The notes beneath the pieces are model-generated. The model did no database searches. It was not told where the DNA came from and saw only the letters and a program-made list of their open reading frames with translations. Below, in pieces: positions 7,007-16,704 of a DNA stretch of 20,000 nt. This stretch comes from Rhizaria sp. SCN 62-66. Lineage: Eukaryota. Location of the stretch: positions 46,378-66,377 of the forward strand of contig MEDY01000147.1 of NCBI GenBank assembly GCA_001724265.1, written 5' to 3'. The translations under genes were made by a program, and so were the position numbers. Within the stretch, counting starts at the first letter, position 1; every line of letters starts with the position of its first letter.

Positions 7007-9107
7007 TTAGAACTTGGCGGCAGCAGCAGCAGCGGGCTTGGCGGCCTCGCCGGAGAGCTTGCTGATCCAGTCGTCGGTCTGCTTGAGCACGTCGGTAGCC
7101 TTGCCGAGGGTGGCCTTGACGTCGGCCTCGGACTCGAACTTGACACCCGCAGTCTTAGCAACATCGGCCATGGACTTGGCCTTGGGCTTCTTGCCACCCT
7201 TCTTGGCGCCGGCCTTCTTGGGCTCCTTGATCGCGACAGTCTTGGAGTCGGGGGACGCGGCGGCGGCGACGAGGTTACCGGAGAGCTCAGCGGTGAGCTT
7301 GGCCTCCTCCTTGCGCTGCTTGGCGATCTCGGCCGCCTCGGCGTCGTCGCGGTCGTGCATCTTGTCCTCGGCCGCGCGCGCGTTGCGCTTGGCGAGCTTG
7401 GCGCGGAACTTCTTGTTGTCGCCGAACTTGGACATGATGTTCAGGGCGGTCTTCTCGACGGTACTGCCCTTGGGGTTGAAGAACTGCTTGCCGTGCTTCT
7501 TGGCGTTGCGCTTGCGGAAGCGGCGGGCGGCCTGCTTGGCGTTGCGGGCGCGCTTGTTGGCACCGGACTTCTGCTCCTGGGCCTTGGCCGCGCTGGCAGC
7601 AAGGTTCTGCTGCTTCTTGGCGGCAGCGGCAGCGAGGTCGAAGTACTTCTTGGCCTTGGCGGCGTCCGAGTTCTGGTACTTAACGGCGAGGCGCTGGTAC
7701 TCAGCAGCCTTGTCGTTGGCCTCAGTGGCCTGCAGCTGAAGCTTCTTCTGGTTGGCAGCAAACTCCTCAGCCTTCTTCTTCTCGGCAATCATCTTAGCGG
7801 CCTCGAGCTTCACAGCATCCGTCGACGCAGTGCCGGACGCCTTGGCGGCGGCGGCGCGGCGCGCGGCGGCGAGCTTAGCGCGCAGCTGGGCGATCTTAGC
7901 GGTCTGGTCGGCGCTGCCCGTGGAGGCGCGGCGACCCTTACGGCCATTGCGGCGGCGGTTGCGGCGGGCGGCGCGGCGGGCCTTGCGGGCAGCGCGGCAA
8001 GCCTTGCCGGCGACGCCCTTGGCACACTTGGGGCCACGGCGACCCTTACGGCCCTTGCCACCACGGCGACCCTTACGGCCCTTGCCACCACGGCGGGCGC
8101 GACGAGCCTTACGAGCAGCGCGGCAAGCCTTGCCGGCGACGCCCTTGGCGCAGCGACGACGGAGCTTGCGGCCCTTGCCACCACGGCGGGCGCGACGAGC
8201 CTTGCGGGCAGCGCGGCAAGCCTTGCCGGCGACGCCCTTGGCACACTTGGGGCCACGGCGACCCTTACGGCCCTTGCCACCACGGCGAGCGCGGCGGGCG
8301 GCACGGCGAGCCTTGCGGGCAGCACGGCAGGCGTTGCCGGCAGCACCCTTGGCGCACTTGGGGCCCTTGCGGCCACGGCGAGCCTTGCGTCCCTTGCGGC
8401 CACGGCGAGGACCCTTGCGACCCTTACGACCCTTAAGACCCTTGCGACCCTTGCGCCCGCGACGAGCGCGGCGGATGCCACGGCGTCCACGACGGTGACG
8501 ACGGTGGCGGCGACGGCGGTCCATGCTCACGCTGGCGCGAACCATGGGAACCTCCATCACAGCAGTGGAGTCAACCTCGGCAGAGAGCTCGAGGAGAGCA
8601 GTCTCGCCCTTGAGGGCGACGGAGTTGTCGAACTGAGCAAGCTCGTACGACGCATCGCTGCTAGCAGTGCTCCCGACTAAACAAGGAGAGGACAGAAAAA
8701 GAGGCACAATACAAAAGAAAATCGAAGAAAGACACGTGTGAGGCAAAGTGCACCGAGAATGTGACGTCGAACAAAGGAGCAAGAGGGGACAGGCCTGGGC
8801 AGGGCTGTAGGGGCAAAAGGAGAACATCTCACAGCTCCTGTCTGGCACGCAAGCGCGTTGAACAAGACTGCCAGAGAGCATGGCGGTAGGTCTAGATAGG
8901 ACACACTGACTCTGCGTAGTGATGTGCGTTCACAAGGCCGCTGTAGCGTGCACAAAGGGCTGCAGGATGGGGTCAATCGAGAGTGGGTTCGATTGGTCGG
9001 GTTGGCAGATTAAAAAGTGGTTCATTGGGAAGGAAAAGGTCGGAGGACGTACCAGAGAACAAGGCCAGCAGAGCGACCAACACACCGATAAACCAAAAAT
9101 GCTTCAT
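7007..9107 (-). CDS. Uncharacterised predicted secreted, highly basic repeat protein, ~574 aa; exons 9107-9053 and 8676-7007
   Basis: Exon 1 is MKHFWFIGVLVALLALFS (signal-peptide-like) followed by a GTACGT donor at 9052. The acceptor TTTAG at 8677 is phase-compatible (G|TC = Val). Exon 2 is open for 1670 nt, has strongly biased codons (AAG, CGC/CGT, GCC/GCT, GGT) and ends in TAA. Confidence 0.85.
7928..8518 (-). repeat. Coding tandem repeats: four CAKG(V/A)AG(K/N)ACRAARKARR modules separated by (G/R)KGRKGRR linkers
   Basis: Modules start at 8356, 8245, 8152 and 8026 (spacings 111, 93 and 126 nt) and are near-identical at the DNA level. Confidence 0.92.
8677..9052 (-). other. Intron, 376 bp, phase 1, separating the signal-peptide exon
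   Basis: GTACGT donor; long pyrimidine tract before TAG. Confidence 0.8.
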
Positions 9108-10055
9108 AGTAGAGCAATTAGGTCTTCTTCGCAGAGAACGAGGCCGAGAATGAGGGGCTCAAGAACCCCCTTGGGAGGCAGGTGCCCCCACTCTAAGGGG
9201 GGGCTCGACTACTTAGCTCACGGTCATCAGCTTGCCCACAGTCGCGTTCGACCTCGAGAAGATCATTGTAGCGTCTATTTCTATCTTTTTCATTTATTTT
9301 TAGAAGATATAAAACATGTTTACAATTACCTCGTAAAAGAATTCTTTTAAGAATACACTAGCATTTTCATTCGTAAAATATCGAGCTCTGGGAGGACGCG
9401 TTTATGGTGCTGACTGGGCTCCTCCCAGTCAAGCTCTGTCGGCGCGGGTTGGTTGACCGTTGCTCTTTCTCTTCGATTGCACTGTGGGAGTTCAAATCAA
9501 GGCAGTTGGACTGGGCGACTTGCGATCGAGATTCCGCCATGTTGCGTTCGTTGTTAGCGTGCCAAGTTTAAAAATACGCCTGATCGAGGGCGTATTTACA
9601 CATTTCCTTTTTAATATTTCGCTGCAAGTGCCCTATTTGTCCCAATTCTACCTGTTGGTGAATGCACACAGACGATGTAGCCGTTCCTCAACCAACCTCT
9701 CTTCGGTGCTGCACTTGGAGCCCTGAACCTCTCCCATTTTAATTTTCGTTCACTTCTATTAAACATTACGTATTTTCTACTTCTCACTTACGTTTTAGTG
9801 CTTCGCGGAGTCGATTTTGCATTGTCTGCGTCTGCGCTTTAACACCTACCCGTTTTTTCCCCCAGCCCAGCTCGTTGGAGGTCCACTCCTTCCTTCACGC
9901 TCACAGCCGCACCAGCGCCGCGCCCGCGCCAGTGTTGTTGTTGTGTGTCTTTGCTGTTTGCTCTTGTGTCAGTGCTCCAATCTTTACTTGTCGACACAAC
10001 ACAACAGCTGTAACAGCCTCACGCTCCCTGCGTGACGAACACTTCGGTTAGCAAG

Positions 10056-13000
10056 ATGATGCAGTTCCGCCACACAAAGACCATCACGTCACCGACACGC
10101 TTCGACGCGGCGGGCCACTACGAGAAGCGCGTGCTGGCCATGGCGTGGGCGCCCAACTCATACCGTCTTGCCGTCGCGCTCGCGGACAACTGGATCTACC
10201 TGTTCGACGAGAATCTGGAGCTCATGGACCGCTTCCCCACGAAGCCCGCCAACAAGCCCGCCGACGGGAGCCCTGCGGCGCCGTACTCCGTCCGCGGCCT
10301 CGCCTTTTCGCCCGACTCGGAGCGGCTGGCGATCGCACAGTCGGACGATATCGTATTCGTGTACCGCCTGGGCGCGACGTGGGAGGACAAAAAGGCCATC
10401 GTCAACAAGTTCTACCTCCAGACGGGCGGCGCACACATCCCGGATCAGAGCATCACCTCGGTCTGCTGGCCCTCAAAGCGCCCCAACGAGATCGTTTTCG
10501 GGCTCGCCAACGGCTCCGTCAAGGTCGGCGTCTCCAAGGTCAACCGGGTGATCACTCTCTACGACACGACGTCCTTCGTCCTGGGCCTGGCCCCGTGCAC
10601 CGACGGCAACTCGTTCGTGTCCGCGCACGCCGACGGCACGATCCGCAAGTACTCGTTCCCGAACGGGCCCGACGTGCCGGCGTCGAGCATGGTGCTGGTG
10701 AAGCTCGACTTCATCCCCTACCACATCGCCGTCGGCGAGCATGTGCTCGTGGCGGGCACCGTGACAGACACGCAGCCGCACAAGAAGCTCGTGTCCGGAG
10801 ACAACATTGTGCAGGCCATCGACCTCTTTGGACAGACCATCCAGCAGCTCAGCTACAACAGCAACAACCCCGAGGGCGCGGTCGACCTCGCCTCCGCGCC
10901 CTCGACGGCCGCGGGCGGCAAGGCGCTGACGAACCGCTTCCCGCCGTCGCGCGAATTCTCCTCCTGCGCCATGGCGCCCTCCGGCCAGCTGATGATCCTC
11001 GGCATGTTCGACCGCTTTGAGGCCTTCTCCTTCAACGCCACGCGCAAGCGCTGGGAGTTCGTCAAGAACATCCCTTCGGTCGAACAGCTGCTGTCGATCA
11101 ACGCCGTCGCCTGGAAGCCAGACGGCTCCAAGCTCACCGTCGGCTCCGTCTCGGGCGCCTTGGACGCGTTCGACGTCTGCCTCAAGCGCGCGCTGTACCG
11201 CGGCCAGTACGAGTTCCTGTACACGTCGTTGTCGTCGGTAATCATCAAGCGGCTGGCGACGGGCGCCAAAGTGGCCGTGCAGTCGCGCTTCGGCTGCGAG
11301 ATCCAGAAGCTCAACGTCTACCACGACCGCTACGTCGTTGCTAACACACCCGAGACGCTGCTGCTCGCGGACCTGGACGCCGGGCTCATCTCCGAGGTGC
11401 GCATGGTGCTCGACTACAACGCGACCAGCAACGACAGCAACGGCGGGCTGCTTCCGGCCCGCAATGGCGCTGGCGCCGCTGGCGCTGCCGTCAGCGGCGC
11501 GCACCGCGGGCCGCGGTACCTATTCGAGGCCGAGGGCGCGTGTGTGGTGCACAACAGCGGTGAGCTGAGCGTGATCGAGTATGGCCACAGCGCGCCCACA
11601 GGCTCGGTCCGCACCGAGCACTTCTCGCCCTACCTGCTCTCGCTCGTCATCCAGAAGGACGGGGCCAACAGCGCCGGCGGCGGCGTCGTGCCCGCGGGCG
11701 CTGGCGTGGGCGCCGCCGGCGCGGGCGGCGTGAAGCGGCTGGCGTACCTGCTCGACTCGCAGGCCGTGCGCGTGGTGGACCTGGTGTCGCAAACGGCGCT
11801 GGCGTCGGCCACGCACGACGCGACCGTCGACTGGCTGGAGCTGAACCAGACGGGCACCAAGCTGCTCTTCCGCGACAAGCGCCGCACGCTCGTGCTGCTC
11901 GACATCCTGACGCAGACGCGCACGACGCTGCTCAACTACTGCGCCTACGTGCAGTGGGTGCCCGGCGCGGACGTGATCGTGGCGCAGGGCCGCGGCGCGC
12001 TGCACGTGTGGTACGACCCCGACCAGCCGACGGACGTGACGGTGATCCCGGTGCAAGGCGACGCGACCGAGATCGAGCGTGTGCAGCACTCGGCCTCGGG
12101 CGCGGGGCAGACCTGGGTCACCGTCGACCAGGGCATCGACACGGTCCGCATTTCTCTCAACGACGCGCTCATCAACTTCGGCACCGCGGTTCGCGCGGGC
12201 GACCTGCACTCGGCCGCAGCGACGCTCGAGACGCTGGCCGCCGAGGCCGCCGAGACGCGCCGCCACGCGGCCGCGGCGGCCAGTCTGCTGGCCAGCAACG
12301 GCGGTGCGGGCGCGGGCGGCGACCCGCTGCTGCTGCCCGACGCCGCCACGGGCCAGGCCAGCGCCACGTCGGCGGCCGCGGCGACCGACACGATGTGGGT
12401 CACTCTGGCGCGCTTGGCGCTGGGCAAGGGCGACTTCGTGGTCGCACAGCGGTGCTACGCGGCGCTGCAAGACGTCGCCAAGTCGGCCTACCTCGACAAG
12501 GTGGTGCGCCAGGTCGCCGCTGAGAAGGCAGGCGGGCATTTCAGCGGCGTGCAGTCGCCGCAGGTCCGCGCGCTGCTGCTGGCGCTGGGCAAGCAGCCCA
12601 AGGCGGCCCAGGGCGCTTTGCTCGAGGCGGGCATGGTCGAGGAGGCTGTGGCTCTGTGCCGCCGCCTGCACAAGTGGGAGGAGGCGCTCCAGATCGCGGC
12701 TGCGCGCAACCTGCCCTCGCTGCCGCAGCTGCAGCACGACTACCTGGCCTACCTCGTCGCCACCAAGCAGGAGGAGCGCGCCGGCGAGCTCAAGGAGAAG
12801 GCCGGCGACCTGGCCGCGGCGCTGCAACTCTACCTGCGCGGCGGCTTCCCCGCCCGCGCCGCGCAGCTCATCCTTAAGGCGAACCTGCTGCATGACACGG
12901 CGCTGTGCGAGGAGGTCCACCAGTCGCTGCTGCGCGGCCGCTGCTTCGAGAAGGCCGGCGAGCTGCTGGCCGCGCGCCGCGAACCCCAGCGCGCGCTCGA

Positions 13001-16000
13001 CGCCTACCGCCAGGGCCGCTGCTACAACAAGGCGCTGGAGCTGTGCCGCGCTGCGTTCCCGGCCAAGCTGGTCGCGCTCGAGGAGGAGTGGGGCGACTAC
13101 CTCGTCACCCAACGCCAGTACGTCGATCGTCACTTAAGCAGACAAAATCTTCATATGAGCTCATTGATATTTACATTTTCATTCTATAATTACCAAGATG
13201 ATGTATTCTTATGATAGTATTCTTCTGATATATTTGTAAACTCTAACATTCTCTTCATCCGTATTTGCTCTTTCGCAACTCTCCTCACCTTAGGTACGAC
13301 GCTGCTTGCGCGCACTTCATGGAGGCGCATCACTACCTCAAGGCGGTGCAGGCCGCGATTGGCGCCGAGCAGTGGGCGCGCGCCGTGAGCATCGCGGCCA
13401 CGATTGACCCCGCCGATGCGGCGCCATACCTGCGCAAGGTCGGCCAGCACTACGCCTCGGCGCGGCGCTGGCCCGAAGCTGAGAAGGCCTTCGTCGACGG
13501 CGGCGCCCCGCAGGAGGCGGTGGCGATGTACGGCAAGGCAGGCGAGTGGGACAAGGCGTACCGCATTGCCAAGACGTTTATGCGCCCGCACGAGCTGATG
13601 CACATGTTCGTGTCGCAGGCGCAGAAGGCCGAGGCCGATGCTGTGACCGAGGGCGCCGCCACGGGCCGCGGCGCGGGCTCGGTTAACGTGAGCAAGCTGC
13701 AGGAGGCGGAGCGGCTGCTGGTGACCGTGGGCGAGGTCGACCGCGCGATCGCGATGTACAAGAAGCACTACCTGTTTGAGGACATGTTGCGGCTGGTGCG
13801 TGAGCACCGGTCCGAGCTCGAGGTCGAGACGCACCTGCATCTGGCGCGCAAGCTGGAGAAGGAGGGCAACCTGGCGCAGGCTGAGGAGTACTTCCTGCGC
13901 GCCAAGGAGTGGAAGCCATGCGTGGCGATGTACCGCGAGCACAACCGCTGGCAGGACTGCCTGCGCGTCGCCAAGGAGCACGGCGGGCCCGCGGCCTTCA
14001 AGCAGGTCGCCTACGCCTATGCCACCTCGGTTGGCGACGACGCGGGCGTCAAGTTCCTCGCCGAGCACAACCTGGCGGAGCAGGCCGTAGCCTTTGCGAT
14101 CGAGCGCGGCGAGTGGGACTCGGCCTTCATGCTGGCCGAGAAGTCGTGCCGCCACAAGCTGCCTGAGGTGCACCTGCAGCGCGCGATGGCATACGAGGAC
14201 GAGGGCCGCTTCGCCGACGCCGAGCGGGGCTTCCTGCTTGCCAACAAGCCACGCGAGGCGATCGAGATGCACATCCACCAGAAGGACTGGACGGCGGCGA
14301 CGCGCATCGCGACGCAGGCGGACCCGTCGATGCTGCCCGACATCGCCGTCGCGCAGGGCCGCGCGGCCGCTGAGGCGGGGGCGTGGGCGCAGGCTGAGGC
14401 CTACTACCTGCAGGCGCAGCAACCGCAGCACGCACTGACGATGTACCGCGAGCAGGGCCGCTGGGACGACGCCATCCGCCTCGCGCGCCAGTACTCGCAG
14501 AAGGACGTCGCCTCACTCGAGACGGAGAAGCTGCGCGGGACCGCGGCGGCCGCGACACCCGACTCGGGCGACTACCTGCTCTCGCAGGCGCGCGTGGCCG
14601 AGTCGCAACGGCAAATCCCGGCCGCGGTGGACCAGTACCTGCTGCTGGCGCCGGGCCACGTCGCTGCGGGCACGCAATTGCCCTCGCTGGCCGCGCTGGC
14701 CGATGTGCTGGCGCACGCCACGCGCCTCGCCACGCAGCACCTCCCGCGCCAGCAGGCGCAGGTCGCTGTGCGCGCGGCCGCGCCCAAGCTCGTCGCCGCG
14801 GGCGCCGCCGACCGCGCCGGGCGCGCGCTCGCCGAGGTGGGGCTCGTCGAGGAGGCGCTGCAGCTGCTTGTGCGTGAGGACAAGGGCGACGTTGCCACAG
14901 AGCTCGCGCGCACCTACGGCGGCTACGAGATGGTCCGCACCGTCGAGGCCATGCGCCAGGTACGCACATTTCTTTTTCTTATTTTGGAAATATCTCGACA
15001 CATATTTGTTTTTTATTCGTATGTCTGTTGCTTTTATGTTTGTACGCGCCTATATCACAAATCTATCTTTCATTTAATGCCCTTTCTCACCCCTGATCAT
15101 AGGACCACCTGCGGCAGAACAACCGCATCGAGGAGCTGGCCCCGCGCAACGCGGGCATGGCGGTGGACGTGTACGCACAGGCGGGTCAGTGGGACAAGGT
15201 GCTGGAGCTGGCGCGCCAGCAGGGCCCCGCGGCGGTGCACCTGTACGCGGCCAACCACGCCGCCAAGCTCGTCTCCGAAGGCCGCTTCAAGGCCGCCGTG
15301 TCGATCCTCGCGCAGCACGGCTGCGAGGCGGCGCCCAGCGTGTTCCCGCTGCTGCGCCGCGTGTCGCAGGAGGTGCTGGCGATGAGTGAGGAGAAGCTCG
15401 GCGACGACGCCGGCGCCGCCTCGGCCACCGGCGGCTATCAGCTCACGGGCCCCGCGGGCGCCGACGGACTCCCGTTTGTCTCGCTGCCGGCCGCAATGGA
15501 CGCGCTCAAGCGCGTGCTGCTGGCTGTGCTCGCGGGCGTCACGGCCAACAACAGCGCGGCCATCACGACGGCCGAGCACGCCGCCGCGGTAACGGAGCTG
15601 CGCCGCTTCGCGTCTGTGGCGCACCTCTTTGCGACGCGCGAGAAGGCCAAGGCCTCGGGCGCGCTGCCGATCGCGGCCAAGCTGTCGATGGCGCTGCTGC
15701 GCGCCTCGAACCTGCTGCCCGTGGACCGTGCGTTCCTGGAGGCCGGCAACGCGTGCCGCGCGCTGAGCGACAAGGCGCCCGCGTGGCACTCGAACGCGCT
15801 CGTCTTTTACAACCGCTTCATCGACCTACACGACGCTATCTCAGACCCCGAGATGGGGAACATCACCAACAAGGACTTCGAGGGCACCGACATCCCCAGC
15901 CCGTACGACATGCCGCTGCCGTCGCGCCACTGCGTGCCCTCGGCGCTGGCCGAGGAGGTCCGCGACTGGGTCCTGGAGAAGATCGCCGACGGCGAGCAGA

Positions 16001-16239
16001 GGCTCGCGCAGCGCCGGTGCGAGAACTGCAACAAGGACACGTACGCGGCGAACTTGGCGTGCTTCACGTGCCGCGCCAAGCACGACGAGTGCGTCGTGAC
16101 GGGCTGGCCCGTGCTTAAGGCCACCGCCGTGCAGTGCGGCGGCTGCGGCAAGAAGGCCAACCGGCTCGACTGGAACGAGTGGGTCGACGCCAAGAAGGCC
16201 TGTCCTTGGTGCGACGCCGCGCAGAAGCCGCAGTATTAA
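10056..16239 (+). CDS. IFT172: Intraflagellar transport protein 172 (IFT-B), ~1954 aa; exons 10056-13117, 13294-14959, 15103-16239
   Basis: N-terminus MQFRH...AMAWAPN...DRFPTKPA...YSVRGLAFSPDSERLAIAQSDDIVFVYRLGATWEDKKAIVNKF; also VDWLELN..GTKLLFRDKR, LEEEWGDYL, EDEGRF..AE..FL.ANKPREAI.M and DFEGTDIP. Architecture is WD40 propellers, a TPR-like solenoid and a Cys-rich C-terminus. Two GT-AG introns join three ORFs in frame. Confidence 0.97.
13118..13293 (+). other. Intron, 176 bp, phase 2 (IFT172)
   Basis: CA|GTACGT...CTTAG|G TAC GAC; AT-rich; contains a CTAAC candidate branch point. Confidence 0.92.
14960..15102 (+). other. Intron, 143 bp, phase 0 (IFT172)
   Basis: CAG|GTACGC...CATAG|GAC CAC CTG; AT-rich; moves the reading frame into that of ORF 15157-16239. 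Confidence 0.92.
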
Positions 16240-16704
16240 GCCGGTTGCGGTGTGATCTTGTGCGAGAGTTATCGTGATGATTCATTCGTTGGAGTATGAA
16301 GAGAGCGGACATTGTGTACTGGTATGAGATATTTGTATTAGTTGTTGCATACAGCTGTATTATATGAAGGGATGGAGGGGACCGTTTTAGTATATTGTGT
16401 ATTTCTATGATAACACTGCTTGAATACAATTTCAAGTCAATTGACGTTTATTTTGCTAAGCTTCGACTCTGGTTTGTATGTGTACTGACTGTGAGCGTGA
16501 CGATGTGACGAAACGGGTGGGCTGCTGTTGTGTCACGAAGGTTCAGAAGGGGGCACTGTCAGCAAAATTAAACCAGAGCTTCTCGATGCAGTAGTCCGTG
16601 GTTTGTGCTGTTTTTGCAATGTTAAACAACAATAGATTGTTTATTATAACACACTGAACGTTCATTGACATGTCAAGCGATCTTCACGATCTTTCGAGAC
16701 GGAT

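Noticed and set aside
7928-8518. Histone H1/protamine call, or a CRISPR-like array, for the repeats
   Set aside because: The repeats are in-frame coding units without unique spacers; there is no H1 globular domain, and a signal peptide argues against a chromatin protein.
7014-8680. Long antisense ORFs (241, 441 and 248 aa) over the basic protein
   Set aside because: Expected from GC-rich, repetitive, codon-biased coding DNA; they have no independent motifs or splice signals.
8677-8881. Cys-rich hydrophobic N-terminus of the 624-aa track ORF
   Set aside because: It lies in the predicted intron (pyrimidine tract); the 9107-9053 signal exon gives a better start.
9700-10055. RFX X-box upstream of IFT172
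   Set aside because: No full GTNRCC-N(0-3)-RGYAAC match was seen, only weak half-sites.
13111-13300. GTACG repeated at both ends of IFT172 intron 1, like an introner target-site duplication
   Set aside because: Explained by the donor consensus plus Tyr-Asp codons; the introns share no evident sequence similarity or terminal inverted repeats.
10145-16193. Many overlapping ORFs within IFT172 (for example 11520..13133 minus, 537 aa)
   Set aside because: Shadow ORFs caused by high GC3.
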